Source: an uncultured Bacteroidales bacterium (GTDB lineage Bacteria > Bacteroidota > Bacteroidia > Bacteroidales > VadinHA17). From it: a DNA stretch of 64,000 nt. The notes beneath the pieces are model-generated. The model saw nothing but the letters and a program-made list of their open reading frames with translations. It did no database searches and was not told where the DNA came from. The position numbers and the translations under genes were made by a program. Within the stretch, counting starts at the first letter, position 1, and every line of letters begins with the position of its first letter. The stretch is taken from assembly GCA_963772705.1 (NCBI GenBank), contig CAVYYH010000008.1, positions 281,208 to 345,207 on the forward strand. Direction: 5' to 3'. This document shows, piece after piece, positions 53,643-64,000 of the stretch.

Positions 53643-54113
53643 ATGAACAGGAAGGATGCCATCCACCCATACGGTGAGAAACAGCTGCAGTTTGACAAGC
53701 GATATCTTAGGATGGCTGCCATATGGGCAGAGAACTCCTACTGTAAGAGAAGGCAGGTGGGAGCGCTGATAGTCAAGGACAAGATGATAATCTCTGACGG
53801 CTATAACGGCACCCCCTCAGGATTTGAAAATGTCTGTGAGGATGAAAACAATGTGACCAAACCATATGTTCTTCATGCAGAGGCAAACGCCATCACCAAA
53901 GTAGCCAGGTCAAATAACTCAAGTGAGAATTCCACCCTCTATATCACCGATTCGCCATGCATGGAGTGCTCGAAGCTGATCATACAATCGGGTATCAGGC
54001 GAGTTGTGTACAGCAATCAGTACCGTAACCTGGAAGGCATTGACCTGCTTAAAAGAGCAGGTATCGAGATGGTTTATATAGATTTAGAAGAAAAGGACAA
54101 TGAAATACAATAG
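53643..54113 (+). CDS. deoxycytidylate (dCMP) deaminase
   Basis: KRRQVGA.IV, GYNG.P.G, HAEANAI, and PCMECSKLIIQSGIRRVVY. Confidence 0.9.
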   Translation: MNRKDAIHPYGEKQLQFDKRYLRMAAIWAENSYCKRRQVGALIVKDKMIISDGYNGTPSGFENVCEDENNVTKPYVLHAEANAITKVARSNNSSENSTLYITDSPCMECSKLIIQSGIRRVVYSNQYRNLEGIDLLKRAGIEMVYIDLEEKDNEIQ

Positions 54114-55692
54114 AGCATATCTCCCGCTTATTATCTCCGCCGGCATTGCACTGGGAATACTTATCGGCTTTTACATGCCTCATCCCAACACAGGCATGAG
54201 TACCACTTTCCCGGCATCAAATGACAAGTTGAGCCGTATACTCGATATCATTGAATCAGACTACGTCGACACAATAGACCGAAATGCCCTCATCGAGGAA
54301 GCCATCCCGACGATGCTGCGCAAGCTCGACCCCCATTCTGTTTATATCCCGGCACGAGATCTTACAGAGGCAAACGAGCCGCTGCAGGGGAATTTTGACG
54401 GTATTGGTGTCTCATTCAATACCATAACTGACACTGTCCTGATCATTAGCACTATATCTGGCGGCCCATCTGAAAAGGCGGGGATCATGGCGGGTGATAA
54501 AATCATTTATGTAGGCGATTCACTCATCGCTGGCAAAGGAATCCCTGACGAAAACATTGTCAGGATGCTCAAGGGCCCGCGCGGAACAAGGGTTGATCTT
54601 AAGATTGCCAGGAAAGGTGTGCCTGAGCTAATGCCTTTCACAATCATTCGCGATAAAATTCCCATTTTCAGTGTTGACGTCTCTTACATGATGTCAGACG
54701 ACGTGGGATATATAAAAATTTCCAACTTCGCACTAACCACGCATGAGGAGTTCAGGCAGGGACTGCGTGATCTCAAGGGGCAGGGAATGAATAGGCTGAT
54801 ACTTGACCTGAGAAGCAACTCGGGTGGTGTCATGGATGCTGCCACCATGATAGCAGACGAGTTCCTGGCGGAAGGGAAGCTCATTGTCTTTACAATGGGC
54901 AAGGCAAAACCCAGGCAGGAGGTGAGAGCTACAGCAAACGGTGATTTCGAACAGGGTGAGCTCGTTGTTCTGATTGATGAGTGGAGCGCCTCTGCCAGCG
55001 AGATACTGGCAGGAGCAGTTCAGGATAATGACCGTGGCACCATCATCGGCCGCCGCTCATTCGGCAAGGGCCTCGTGCAGGAACCTGTCATGTTCAGGGA
55101 CGGATCGGGAATGAGACTCACAATTGCACGTTACTATACCCCTACTGGCAGATCGATACAGAAACCCTACGACGAAGGCGTTGAAAAGTACTATGAGGAG
55201 CTGGGAACAAGATACATTCACGGAGAGTTCGAGCAGGCTGACTCAATAGATTTACCCGACTCTCTGCGATATACCACTCCGGGAGGTAAGACAGTATACG
55301 GGGGCGGCGGCATAATGCCCGACATCTTTATACCAATTGACACCACAGGCATCTCAGATTATTTCATTGCCGTCCGTAATTCAGGCCTCCTCCTCAGGTA
55401 TGCATTGAAATTTACGGAAGACAACCGGGAGGCAATGAAAAAATTCCGTGACCTTTCCACTCTCGATGAGTGGTTGTCGGACCAGGATCTCATGTCAAAA
55501 TTTGTCAGGTATGCTTCTGAAAATGGCATCCCGCCGGATAATGATGGCATAAGTACCTCCAAAAATATTCTGTACATTCAGCTTAAAGCATACATTGCCC
55601 GCAATATGCTTGACAGCAAGGGCTTCTATCCGCTCTGGGAAAAGATTGACCAGACGCTGCTCAAAGCCCTGGAATACATTGAGGCTATCTGA
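54100..55692 (+). CDS. S41 family carboxy-terminal processing peptidase with a PDZ domain
   Basis: GIGV......D...I......GPSEKAGI..GD.I (PDZ). LDLR.N.GG...A. WSASASEI.AGA.QD..RG...G..SFGKG.VQ. Confidence 0.9.
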   Translation: MKYNRAYLPLIISAGIALGILIGFYMPHPNTGMSTTFPASNDKLSRILDIIESDYVDTIDRNALIEEAIPTMLRKLDPHSVYIPARDLTEANEPLQGNFDGIGVSFNTITDTVLIISTISGGPSEKAGIMAGDKIIYVGDSLIAGKGIPDENIVRMLKGPRGTRVDLKIARKGVPELMPFTIIRDKIPIFSVDVSYMMSDDVGYIKISNFALTTHEEFRQGLRDLKGQGMNRLILDLRSNSGGVMDAATMIADEFLAEGKLIVFTMGKAKPRQEVRATANGDFEQGELVVLIDEWSASASEILAGAVQDNDRGTIIGRRSFGKGLVQEPVMFRDGSGMRLTIARYYTPTGRSIQKPYDEGVEKYYEELGTRYIHGEFEQADSIDLPDSLRYTTPGGKTVYGGGGIMPDIFIPIDTTGISDYFIAVRNSGLLLRYALKFTEDNREAMKKFRDLSTLDEWLSDQDLMSKFVRYASENGIPPDNDGISTSKNILYIQLKAYIARNMLDSKGFYPLWEKIDQTLLKALEYIEAI

Positions 55693-55695
55693 TTA

Positions 55696-56508
55696 TCATG
55701 CTTGGTTATCAGCCCTTTTGCTATTTTCTTCAGTAAACTGCGATATCAGTTCCGCTGACTTTTCAGGCTCCTCAATGAAACCCAGATGACCTGAGTCCTC
55801 CATGATAACCACCCTGCAGTTGCCAGGAATCTTTACATTTCCGAGGGCTTTCTCCGGCGTAAAATAGAGATCATGCCTTCCCAGTATCCACAATAGCGGT
55901 ATTCTGCCCTCTTCGACCAGATGTACCCTGGAAGGCCTTGCCATCATCCCCCTGAGTACGGATATTATCCCTTCATCCGGACAGCGCGAAGCTATCATCT
56001 CCATCCGCGCCAGGGCATCAGGCATCCGTGACAGGTTCTTTTCCGCAAACATCATCGATACGTTCGCCGGATACATCAGGTTCTTCCGGCCGGCCTCCAC
56101 AATCGCGATCTCCCTGTTGCGCTTGTTAATAGCCTCAGCGGAATCGGCATGGGGATGCGAATGAAACAGTATATACCCTGCCAGAAGATCAGGGTAGAGC
56201 TCAGCAAATGCCAGAGCGACATAACCTCCAAGCGAATGGCCTGCCAGGATTACCTTCCCGCACTTTTCCTTTTCTATGACCGCATGCACCGCCCCGGCCA
56301 TCAGCTCCATCGTGTGTATGCCTGAGATGATCCCGGAGGCACCGTGACCCGGAAGATCTATCGAAATGACCCTGTAGCTCCTGGATAAATCAGCAGAAAG
56401 CATTTCCCATACCTCCTTTGCCTCGAGATATCCGTGCAGGAGGACAACAGGATAACCTGTGCCGTCAGAGGTGTATGAGACAACAGTGCCTCTGTAATCT
56501 GTATTCAT
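55696..56508 (-). CDS. alpha/beta hydrolase
   Basis: LLHG, GHSLGG nucleophile elbow, and a C-terminal D.GH. Confidence 0.85.
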   Translation of the reverse strand: MNTDYRGTVVSYTSDGTGYPVVLLHGYLEAKEVWEMLSADLSRSYRVISIDLPGHGASGIISGIHTMELMAGAVHAVIEKEKCGKVILAGHSLGGYVALAFAELYPDLLAGYILFHSHPHADSAEAINKRNREIAIVEAGRKNLMYPANVSMMFAEKNLSRMPDALARMEMIASRCPDEGIISVLRGMMARPSRVHLVEEGRIPLLWILGRHDLYFTPEKALGNVKIPGNCRVVIMEDSGHLGFIEEPEKSAELISQFTEENSKRADNQA

Positions 56509-56604
56509 CGCTTCAAACCATTTGATAATGACAAAAAACTCTTTAAATTTACCATGAATAAATCACTTTTTTTATCCTCACCTCAAACCAAAAGTTCCAG
56601 GCCG

Positions 56605-57249
56605 ATGAACAAGATACTTTTTTCTGCCGTATCAAAAAAGTTTGTTATGGCACTTGCCGGATTGTTTCTGCTCCTGTTCCTGCCGGTTCACCTTGGCATC
56701 AATCTGATGCTTCTGAAAGAAGACCCTGAACCGTTTAACACTGCCGCTCACTTTATGGCAACATTTCCCCTGGTAAAAGTGGTGGAAATTGTCCTTATGC
56801 TGGCCATCCTTGTACATGTCATCTACGGGGTCACGCTTCAGATCATCAACTGGCTTAAAAGACCGGTTGGCTATGCCGTCAGGAATAAATCAGAAACATC
56901 CGCGTTCTCAAGATTTATGATATGGACCGGGGGTTCTGTGCTTATCTTCATTATTATCCATTTCTTCAACTTTTATTTCATCAAGCTGGGTCTAGTCGAC
57001 GGTGATCCCGAGAACTTTTACTCTCTGGCGTGGCAGCTTTTCAATTTGCCGGGATATGTCATCCTCTACTGGATATGTTTTGCCCTGCTTGGATTCCACC
57101 TCTTTCATGCCCTTCATTCTGCTTTTCAGACACTGGGCCTTAACAATGATTTCTGGACCCCGGTGATCAAGGGTCTTTCGCTGATTTATGCCATTGTGGT
57201 GCCGATCGGATTTGCGGTAATTCCTCTTGTAATATGGCTTTTCAACTAA
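56605..57249 (+). CDS. sdhC: succinate dehydrogenase/fumarate reductase diheme cytochrome b subunit
   Basis: Five hydrophobic helices with conserved His residues (HLGINL, HVIYG, HFFNF, HLFHALHS). It is first in a CAB gene order. Start set at MNKILFS (56605). Whether it works physiologically as frd or sdh cannot be told from sequence. Confidence 0.85.
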   Translation: MNKILFSAVSKKFVMALAGLFLLLFLPVHLGINLMLLKEDPEPFNTAAHFMATFPLVKVVEIVLMLAILVHVIYGVTLQIINWLKRPVGYAVRNKSETSAFSRFMIWTGGSVLIFIIIHFFNFYFIKLGLVDGDPENFYSLAWQLFNLPGYVILYWICFALLGFHLFHALHSAFQTLGLNNDFWTPVIKGLSLIYAIVVPIGFAVIPLVIWLFN

Positions 57250-57268
57250 CCTGTAGAAACAATATTCC

Positions 57269-59185
57269 ATGATAACTCTCAACGCTAAGATCCCGGAAGG
57301 GCCACTTGAAGAGAAGTGGACAAAGTACAAGTCAACAACGAAACTTGTTAATCCGGCCAACAAAAAGAAGCTTGACATAATCATTATCGGCACAGGGCTT
57401 TCAGGAGCCGGGTCTGCAGCCGCTCTTGGTGAGCTCGGTTATAACGTCAAGGTATTCTGTTACCAGGACTCTCCCCGCCGTGCACACTCTGTAGCTGCAC
57501 AGGGAGGCATCAATGCCGCCAAGAACTACAAGCATGACGGCGACAGTGTATACCGTCTCTTTTATGACATGATCAAGGGAGGCGACTTCAGGGCACGTGA
57601 AGCCAATGTGTACCGTATCGCCGAGGTAAGCAACCAGGTGATAGACCATTATTCTGCTCTTGGCGTACCATTTGCCCGCGAGTATGGCGGCACCCTCGAC
57701 ACCCGTTCTTTCGGTGGCGTGCAGGTATCACGCACATTCTATGCAAAGGGGCAGACCGGTCAGCAGTGCCTTCTGGGTGCATACTCATCGCTTAACAGGC
57801 AGATCAAAGCCGGCACGGTGACAATGTACCCGCGCAGGGATATGCTTGACATTGTAGTCATTGACGGCAGGGCCCGTGGAATTATTGTCCGCAACCTTCT
57901 CACAGGAGAGATAGAGAGACACTCGGCCCATGCCGTTGTACTGGCCTCCGGAGGGTACGGTACGATCTATTACCTCTCAACACTGGCAGTCAACTCGAAC
58001 GCTTCTGCAGCCTGGAAAGCTTACAAGAAAGGAGCGGCATTCGCCAACCCGAGCTTCGTACAGATACACCCTACCAGCATACCGCAGCTGAACGAGTTCC
58101 AGAGCAAGCTGACACTCATGTCTGAGTCGCTCAGAAACGACGGACGCATCTGGGTGCCAAAAAATAAGGGTGACAAGCGCCCGGCAAATGATATTCCCGA
58201 AGAGGAAAGAGACTATTATCTCGAACGCCGCTACCCCACTTTTGGTAACCTTGTTCCACGTGACGTGGCCTCCAGGGCTGCAAAGGAACGGTGTGATGCC
58301 GGCTACGGCGTCGGAGACACAGGACTGGCTGTCAACCTCGACTTCCGCGATGCAATAAAGAAACAGGGGAAGAAAGCCATTGAAAACAAGTACGGCAACC
58401 TCTTCGAGATGTACCAGCATATAACAGGTCTCGACCCCTATGAGGAGCCTATGCGCATCTATCCTGCAGGACATTATACCATGGGTGGTCTCTGGGTCGA
58501 CTATGAACTGATGACAACCCTTCCGGGGCTCTTTTCCATCGGTGAATCAAATTTCTCTGATCATGGTGCCAACAGGCTGGGAGCCAGCTCACTGATGCAG
58601 GCTGCCGGAGACGGATACTTCATCCTTCCCAATACTATCAGCAACTATCTCTCAGGAGAGATACGTACTCCGAAAGTACCGACTACAGGAGCAGAATTTG
58701 ACGAGGCTGAAAAGACCGCAAGGGAGAGAATAGAGAAACTCCTCTCAATAAAGGGAAAGAACACTTCGACAACATTCCACAGACGTCTTGGCAAGATAAT
58801 GTGGGACTACTGCGGCATGACACGCAACGAAGAGGGATTGAAAAAAGCATTGAAGCTGGTGGATGAGCTGAAGAAGGAGTTCTGGAGCGACCTTATGGTG
58901 CCCGGTGAAGGGGCTGACCTGAACCAGGAGCTTGAAAAGGCCGGCAGGGTGGCTGACTTCATGGAGCTGGCAAAGCTGATGATAACAGATGCACTGAACA
59001 GAAAAGAGTCATGCGGAGCACACTTCCGCGAGGAATACCAGACACCCGACGGCGAGGCCATGAGAAATGACAGTGAGTACTCGTATGTAGCCGCCTGGGA
59101 ATACAACGGCGATGACGAACCGATACTCAACAAGGAGCCGCTGAAGTTTGAGTTTGTTGAACTTAAGGAAAGAAGCTATAAATAA
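57269..59185 (+). CDS. sdhA: succinate dehydrogenase/fumarate reductase flavoprotein subunit
   Basis: [11 protein letters not shown] (FAD-binding GxGxxG), [13 protein letters not shown] (the His for covalent FAD), HPT, GG...D, and [11 protein letters not shown]. Confidence 0.95.
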   Translation: MITLNAKIPEGPLEEKWTKYKSTTKLVNPANKKKLDIIIIGTGLSGAGSAAALGELGYNVKVFCYQDSPRRAHSVAAQGGINAAKNYKHDGDSVYRLFYDMIKGGDFRAREANVYRIAEVSNQVIDHYSALGVPFAREYGGTLDTRSFGGVQVSRTFYAKGQTGQQCLLGAYSSLNRQIKAGTVTMYPRRDMLDIVVIDGRARGIIVRNLLTGEIERHSAHAVVLASGGYGTIYYLSTLAVNSNASAAWKAYKKGAAFANPSFVQIHPTSIPQLNEFQSKLTLMSESLRNDGRIWVPKNKGDKRPANDIPEEERDYYLERRYPTFGNLVPRDVASRAAKERCDAGYGVGDTGLAVNLDFRDAIKKQGKKAIENKYGNLFEMYQHITGLDPYEEPMRIYPAGHYTMGGLWVDYELMTTLPGLFSIGESNFSDHGANRLGASSLMQAAGDGYFILPNTISNYLSGEIRTPKVPTTGAEFDEAEKTARERIEKLLSIKGKNTSTTFHRRLGKIMWDYCGMTRNEEGLKKALKLVDELKKEFWSDLMVPGEGADLNQELEKAGRVADFMELAKLMITDALNRKESCGAHFREEYQTPDGEAMRNDSEYSYVAAWEYNGDDEPILNKEPLKFEFVELKERSYK

Positions 59186-59197
59186 CCTATTCTAATT

Positions 59198-59941
59198 GTG
59201 CCTGATATGAAGCTCAAATTAAAGATATGGAGACAGAAAAATGCAAAGACAAAAGGATCTTTCGCATCCTATGATCTTGACAACGTCTCCCCCGATATGT
59301 CATTTCTGGAGATGCTCGACGCCCTGAACAAAAGGCTCGTCGAAGCAGGGAAAGAACCGGTGGCGTTTGACCATGACTGCCGCGAAGGGATCTGCGGCAG
59401 CTGCGGGATGTATATAAACGGATACCCGCACGGTCCTGTTCCGGGATTGACTACATGCCATCTCGCGATGAGGTATTTCAATGACGGTGACACCATCACC
59501 ATCGAGCCCTGGAGGGCGAAAGCCTTCCCGGTTATAAAAGACCTTATCGTAGACCGAAGTGCTTTTGACAGGATACAGGTTGCAGGCGGATTCATCTCGG
59601 TTACTGCCGGTGCTGCTGCAGAAGCCAATTCAGTGCTGGTAAACAAGCATAAGAGTGACATGGCTTTTGATTCCGCTATATGCATTGGGTGCGGTGCCTG
59701 CGTGGCAGCCTGCAAGAATGCCTCGGCCATGCTCTTTGTCTCGGCCAAGGTATCACAATACGCATTGCTGCCCCAGGGCAGGATCGAGGCCAAAGACCGC
59801 GTGCGGGCCATGATAGCGGAAATGGACAGGCAGGGCTTTGGTACCTGCTCAAACACCGGCGCCTGTGAGGCACAGTGCCCGAAACAGATAAAACTGACCA
59901 ATATTGCCAGGCTTAACCGGGAGTACTACAAGGCATTTTAA
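59198..59941 (+). CDS. sdhB: succinate dehydrogenase/fumarate reductase iron-sulfur subunit
   Basis: [15 protein letters not shown] (2Fe-2S), [13 protein letters not shown] (4Fe-4S), and [13 protein letters not shown] (3Fe-4S). The start may be the ATG at 59207 rather than the GTG at 59198. Confidence 0.93.
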   Translation: MPDMKLKLKIWRQKNAKTKGSFASYDLDNVSPDMSFLEMLDALNKRLVEAGKEPVAFDHDCREGICGSCGMYINGYPHGPVPGLTTCHLAMRYFNDGDTITIEPWRAKAFPVIKDLIVDRSAFDRIQVAGGFISVTAGAAAEANSVLVNKHKSDMAFDSAICIGCGACVAACKNASAMLFVSAKVSQYALLPQGRIEAKDRVRAMIAEMDRQGFGTCSNTGACEAQCPKQIKLTNIARLNREYYKAF

Positions 59942-59947
59942 AAGAGG

Positions 59948-59974
59948 TAACGGCGCCCAATATGGGCGCCGTTA
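59948..59974. terminator. GC-rich hairpin between convergent sdhB and the aminopeptidase gene
   Basis: TAACGGCGCCC-AATAT-GGGCGCCGTTA is a perfect 11-bp stem. The flanking U-tracts are weak. Confidence 0.5.
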
Positions 59975-59976
59975 AT

Positions 59977-61365
59977 TCATTTCATACAAACCTTCTCTAT
60001 CTCTTCCACGGTCTTGGGCGCTACCTTGCCCAGAGGCCTGCTGCCTTTGGGTGTGATGAGCAAGTCATCCTCAATGCGGCACCCGCCGAAGTCAAGATAT
60101 GTTTCAGCCTTTGCATAGTCGATAAACCGGCTGTGCTTTCCTTCAGCCTTCCACTGTGATATCAACTCAGGAATGAAGTATATCCCCGGCTCGACAGTAA
60201 ATACATGTCCGGGCTTATATGGCAGTGCAAACCTGAGAAACGCCAGACCAAACTGTGTGCTCCTTTTTACCTCGTCATTATAGCCGACGAAATTCTCGCC
60301 GAGACTCTCCATATCATGAACATCAAGTCCCATCATATGCCCCAGTCCGTGCGGCATGAAGAGAGCATGCGCACCCTCGGTCACCGCTTCAGCCGGATCA
60401 CCCTTCATGATCCCCAGATCCTTCAGTCCGGAGGCAATTATCCGGCAGGCATTGAGGTGCAGATCGCGGTTGGAAATACCCGGTCCTGCTTTTTTTATCG
60501 ACTCGGTGTTTGCCTTCAGAACTATCTCATAGATCTCCTTCTGCTTCTGGCTGAAACGCCCGCCGACAGGGGTGGTACGTGTCAGGTCAGCAGCATAATG
60601 GAGAGCTGATTCGGCACCGCAGTCAGAAACCAGCATCTTTCCCTCCCTGAGAACATTGTTATGAACATGGTTATGCAGGGTCTGACCATTGATGCTGAGG
60701 ATGATGGGAAAAGAGGGGCCGTTGGCCTTGGCCCATGCAATGCCCTCGATGGTACCGAAGATCTCCTGCTCGGTGACGCCGGGCTTGCACATACGCATCG
60801 CAGTAGTCTGCATCTCGCATGCCACATCGCCTGCCTTTTCTATCTCGGCAATCTCCACATCCTCTTTTATTGACCTGAGTGATACCACTGCCCTGATTAA
60901 CTTCTCAGAAGCCTTGCTTCGCATCTGGCAAGGGTTCTCATGAAGGAGCATTCCGAGCGTCATCTTTGTCTCGGCCCTGTAGGGTGGAAGGAAGTGGATG
61001 GTTCTGCCGTCTGCCTGGGCCTTCCCGATATAATCGTTCAGCCTGGCAAAAGGAATAGTCTTACTGACGCCAACCCGTTCCCCAAGATCAGCCATGGCTG
61101 GCTGAGGCCCCATCCAGATGATGTCATCAATGTCAACATCGTTGCCAAAGATTATTTCTTCACCGGAATTGAAATCAATGACTCCGGCCAGACCCGGAAG
61201 GTCAAGCCCGAAAAAATAGAGAAAATCACTGTCCTGCCTCCAGTGGTAGGTGTTTGCAGGATAATTCATCGGGGCCTCGACGTTCCCTGTGAAAAGAGCT
61301 ATGCCTTCATTAAGAATTGACTTGAGGCTGCTTCTGCGGTTGATGTAAATCTGTCGGTCAAACAT
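59977..61365 (-). CDS. aminopeptidase P (Xaa-Pro, M24B) family protein
   Basis: 462 aa. Pita-bread motifs are D.G..Y..Y.AD.TRT, HGLGH..GLDVHD, and FTVEPG.Y, with a C-terminal R.ED. Confidence 0.9.
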   Translation of the reverse strand: MFDRQIYINRRSSLKSILNEGIALFTGNVEAPMNYPANTYHWRQDSDFLYFFGLDLPGLAGVIDFNSGEEIIFGNDVDIDDIIWMGPQPAMADLGERVGVSKTIPFARLNDYIGKAQADGRTIHFLPPYRAETKMTLGMLLHENPCQMRSKASEKLIRAVVSLRSIKEDVEIAEIEKAGDVACEMQTTAMRMCKPGVTEQEIFGTIEGIAWAKANGPSFPIILSINGQTLHNHVHNNVLREGKMLVSDCGAESALHYAADLTRTTPVGGRFSQKQKEIYEIVLKANTESIKKAGPGISNRDLHLNACRIIASGLKDLGIMKGDPAEAVTEGAHALFMPHGLGHMMGLDVHDMESLGENFVGYNDEVKRSTQFGLAFLRFALPYKPGHVFTVEPGIYFIPELISQWKAEGKHSRFIDYAKAETYLDFGGCRIEDDLLITPKGSRPLGKVAPKTVEEIEKVCMK

Positions 61366-61586
61366 GGAATTATTTATTTTTGATTGTTACAGAATGCTAA
61401 TGTAGGAAGAGCTGTTGATATTTTTAAGGTTATCAACAATTTTTAATTGCGAAGGGTATTGACAAAAATCTGTAAGAGTGTACATTCGCATATAAATAGA
61501 GGGGGATAATTTCAGACTGATGCCGTACCGACAGATTACCAAACACAGACTCCGCAAGGCTGAGGGCAATTAAGAAAGCCCTGGAT

Positions 61587-62255
61587 ATGGGGAAAGACAC
61601 ACCGCCGTTCAGGCTGGCTTATTCAATGAAGACCCTGGTAAAGCTGCAGAGTTTTCTTCCGGTATTTGAAAATGCCATCAGTCTTCAGCGACAGACGCTT
61701 GTGAATCAGGCTGATAAGAGCAGGTCCAACCAGGAGGCCGCACGCAAGGCGAGAATGTATATCACTCATTTCCTCCGGGTCGTAAATATGGCTGTGATGA
61801 GAGGGGAACTGCCTGCAGAGACAAGATCATTCTACGGTATCTCTCCGGAAGATGCCGCGCTCCCTTCACTGGCCACAGACAATGAGCTCATTGCCTGGGG
61901 AAAGAGAATTATTGACGGGGAAGAGTACCGCATCAGGAAAGGCAATACTCCTGTGACCAATCCGTCTGTCGCCGTGGTCAAGGTACGTTATGAAAAATTC
62001 CTTGAGACGCGAAATCATTATAAAACCGTAAGCAGGCGTGCCGCGGATTGTGTGACGAGAACGACTGACCTGCGGCGGGAGGCTGACGACCATATTTCAA
62101 ACCTGTGGAACGAGATCGAAGCCCGCTTCGCAACCTTGACTGAAGATGAAAAAAGGACACAGGCTGAACGGTACGGTCTGGTATACGTCTTCCGGAAGGG
62201 CGAGTTGACGCAACAGGATCTTTCACCTACACTGTTCGGTACTGACCAGCTTTAA
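61587..62255 (+). CDS. hypothetical protein (helical, basic); the true N-terminus is possibly upstream in another frame
   Basis: 222-aa ORF. The same frame stays open back to 61521 and reads ...RLPNTDSARLRAIKKALDMGKD with no ATG. An ATG at 61520 is in a different frame (MPYRQITK...). Confidence 0.55.
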   Translation: MGKDTPPFRLAYSMKTLVKLQSFLPVFENAISLQRQTLVNQADKSRSNQEAARKARMYITHFLRVVNMAVMRGELPAETRSFYGISPEDAALPSLATDNELIAWGKRIIDGEEYRIRKGNTPVTNPSVAVVKVRYEKFLETRNHYKTVSRRAADCVTRTTDLRREADDHISNLWNEIEARFATLTEDEKRTQAERYGLVYVFRKGELTQQDLSPTLFGTDQL

Positions 62256-62270
62256 TCCCCGACGCTGAAA

Positions 62271-63284
62271 TTGAGATTCGGTAACAACATATTAAGGGAG
62301 CAGCCTCTCTTTCTTGCTCCAATGGAGGATATCACTGACCCTTCATTCAGATATATATGCAAGATGTTCGGTGCCGACTTTATGTATACCGAGTTTATTT
62401 CGTCAGACGGCCTCATCAGAGACGGAAAAAGCAGCGTAAAGAAACTTGATCTGTTTGATTATGAGCGTCCGATCGGGATTCAGCTCTACGGTCATATCAT
62501 CGAATCAATGGTTGACGCTGCTCACAGGGCCAGGGAGGCTAACCCGGATCTGATCGACCTGAACTTCGGGTGTCCTGTACGCAAGATCGCTGCCCGCGGC
62601 GCCGGTGCCGGGATGCTGCAGAACATCCCACTCATGATTGAGATGACCTCGGCCATCGTCAGGGCGGTTGATCTGCCGGTAACCGTCAAGACCAGGCTTG
62701 GATGGGATGACAACAGTAAGATAATTGTCGACCTGGCAGAACGGCTTCAGGATACGGGTATCGCCGCCCTCACAATACACGGGCGAACCAGGGCGCAGCT
62801 ATATCGCGGCGAAGCAGACTGGACACTTATCGGTGAGGTAAAGAACAACCCCAGGATGAAGATCCCGGTGATAGGCAACGGTGACGTAAACGGACCCGGG
62901 AGGGCGAAGCTTATGTTTGACAGGTACGGCGTTGACGGAATAATGATCGGAAGGGCCACATTCGGCAGACCCTGGATATTCAGGGAGATAAGGCACTATC
63001 TCGATACGGGGGAGATCCTCCCGGAACCGACCGTGGACGAAAAGGCCGACCTTGCACTACTGCATCTCGACAAGTCTCTTGAACATAAAGAGGGCAAGCC
63101 GGCTATCCTTGAGATGCGCCGCCATTTTTCAAGCTACTTCAAGGGGCTTCCCAATTTTAAGGAGACAAGGCTAAGGCTGCTTACCTCGACCGATGTGAAC
63201 GAAATAAGGGAGATCATTGAAGAGATAAGGGAGAAATGGGGTAGCTGCCGCAGTGAAGATCTAACCGGCATCTACGGTGTCTGA
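62271..63284 (+). CDS. dusB: tRNA-dihydrouridine synthase
   Basis: FLAPMEDITD..FR, D.NFGCP..K, and HGRT..Q.Y.G.ADW TIM-barrel motifs, plus a C-terminal helical domain. TTG start in the track. Confidence 0.85.
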   Translation: MRFGNNILREQPLFLAPMEDITDPSFRYICKMFGADFMYTEFISSDGLIRDGKSSVKKLDLFDYERPIGIQLYGHIIESMVDAAHRAREANPDLIDLNFGCPVRKIAARGAGAGMLQNIPLMIEMTSAIVRAVDLPVTVKTRLGWDDNSKIIVDLAERLQDTGIAALTIHGRTRAQLYRGEADWTLIGEVKNNPRMKIPVIGNGDVNGPGRAKLMFDRYGVDGIMIGRATFGRPWIFREIRHYLDTGEILPEPTVDEKADLALLHLDKSLEHKEGKPAILEMRRHFSSYFKGLPNFKETRLRLLTSTDVNEIREIIEEIREKWGSCRSEDLTGIYGV

Positions 63285-64000
63285 ACCTCGTTCAGCATCA
63301 TCTCTCTGAGGCACCTCAATCGTGCCGTAAAGCTTTCTTACATCCTTCCATCGGTAAACAACAGCCATCAGAGCAATAAACAACAGTGACATTACCACCA
63401 GCCCGGCAAAATCGTGCCATGGATAGATGTTGATCTGCTCATACATTGCCGGAGTCTGAAGCGCCGAGTCTTTATGCGTTACAAAGACCGAGAGGAACAT
63501 GTTGTTGGCAGTGTGGGCTCCAATGGCCAGCTCCGTTCCGTCATCCATCATTGTAAGGGCCGCGAATACCAGTCCGAAAAAGACATATTGAGGTATCATT
63601 GTCAGAAATCCGTATTCCTTTACCTCCGGGTTAATGCCATGCATGAGGCCAAAAAGAAGTGATGTGCTGACAACAGGCAGCCAGCGGTTCCGTGACAGTA
63701 CGGCAAAACCCTGGATCAGATATCCCCTGAAAAGCAGCTCTTCAAACCCCGCCTGAAAAGGTATCATGACCATGGCGAGTATTGCCAGCGTTATGAGTGA
63801 TTTCGAAGTAGTTGTTCAGGATGAAGTTACCCGGGATCATTCCTTACTGACCAGAGAAGGTATACTGCCGATATCGACAGCCAGACAAGTGCTGAGAAAA
63901 ATATTCTTCCCCATCTGATCCCCTTTCCTCCGTTAACCACAGTTCCGAAGCTCCTCTGGTTCAGCGGCCTGACCAACAGCACGAACTGCAAAGAAGGCCA
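63261..64000 (-). pseudogene. CPBP (CAAX/Abi) family intramembrane protease; the 5' part continues to the window edge in another frame
   Basis: EELLFRGYL, FGLMHG and HTANN motifs lie in 63261..63773. Upstream, the reverse strand reads ...RWGRIFFSALVWLSISAVYLLWS...GNFILNNYFEIT in a different frame with a junction near 63785-63795. The start is not in the window. Confidence 0.6.

Noticed and set aside
59269-59901. 210-aa minus-strand ORF within sdhB
   Set aside because: It is antisense to an iron-sulfur subunit gene that has all three Cys clusters intact.
1-64000. Search for mobile elements, integrases, toxin-antitoxin or known defence systems, and rRNA
   Set aside because: No ORF in the track shows transposase (DDE), tyrosine/serine recombinase, Cas, restriction-modification, Abi-type or toxin motifs. 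The CPBP protein is the housekeeping-like CAAX protease type. No rRNA-like sequence was seen.

Overview
The window looks like a chromosomal segment of a Bacteroidota (Bacteroidales-like) genome. The taxon call is inference only. It rests on a FISUMP-domain lipoprotein, CarboxypepD_reg/STN proteins next to an ECF sigma/FecR pair, a DUF2723 membrane glycosyltransferase, a three-gene diheme-cytochrome-b succinate dehydrogenase/fumarate reductase operon, many small outer-membrane beta-barrel proteins and one TAnnTTTG-type promoter box. Most of the window is ordinary housekeeping: purD, rplM-rpsI, rpsB-tsf-pyrH-frr, sdh/frd CAB, dCMP deaminase, an S41 protease, dusB, an M24 aminopeptidase, one complete tRNA-Leu(CAA) and a tRNA 3' end at the left edge. 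I saw no rRNA, CRISPR array, transposase, integrase or recognisable defence system. Eight things seem worth a second look: (1) a dispersed family of intergenic repeats with strict 7-nt periodicity at five or more loci, whose TAG/TGA-bearing heptamers place stops in all three frames; (2) an ECF sigma/FecR pair flanked by two paralogous CarboxypepD_reg proteins, where the downstream one has an STN signalling domain but no TonB-dependent plug or barrel; (3) a 1013-aa TerB-like/ABCG-type fused transporter co-oriented with two unknown secreted proteins; (4) a GpgS-like (GT81-type) glycosyltransferase fused to a HAD phosphatase; (5) a tandem pair of tiny Cys-rich lipoproteins; (6) a radical SAM/SPASM plus penicillin-acylase-family gene pair; (7) a patch at 43.9-46.7 kb where dxs and a DUF1080 gene are broken by many frameshifts, plus isolated frameshifts elsewhere, often in short homopolymers, so assembly error must be excluded first; (8) a tRNA-Leu leader carrying direct and inverted copies of the tRNA 5' segment. 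All family assignments come from reading the translated ORFs by eye. No database search was run.
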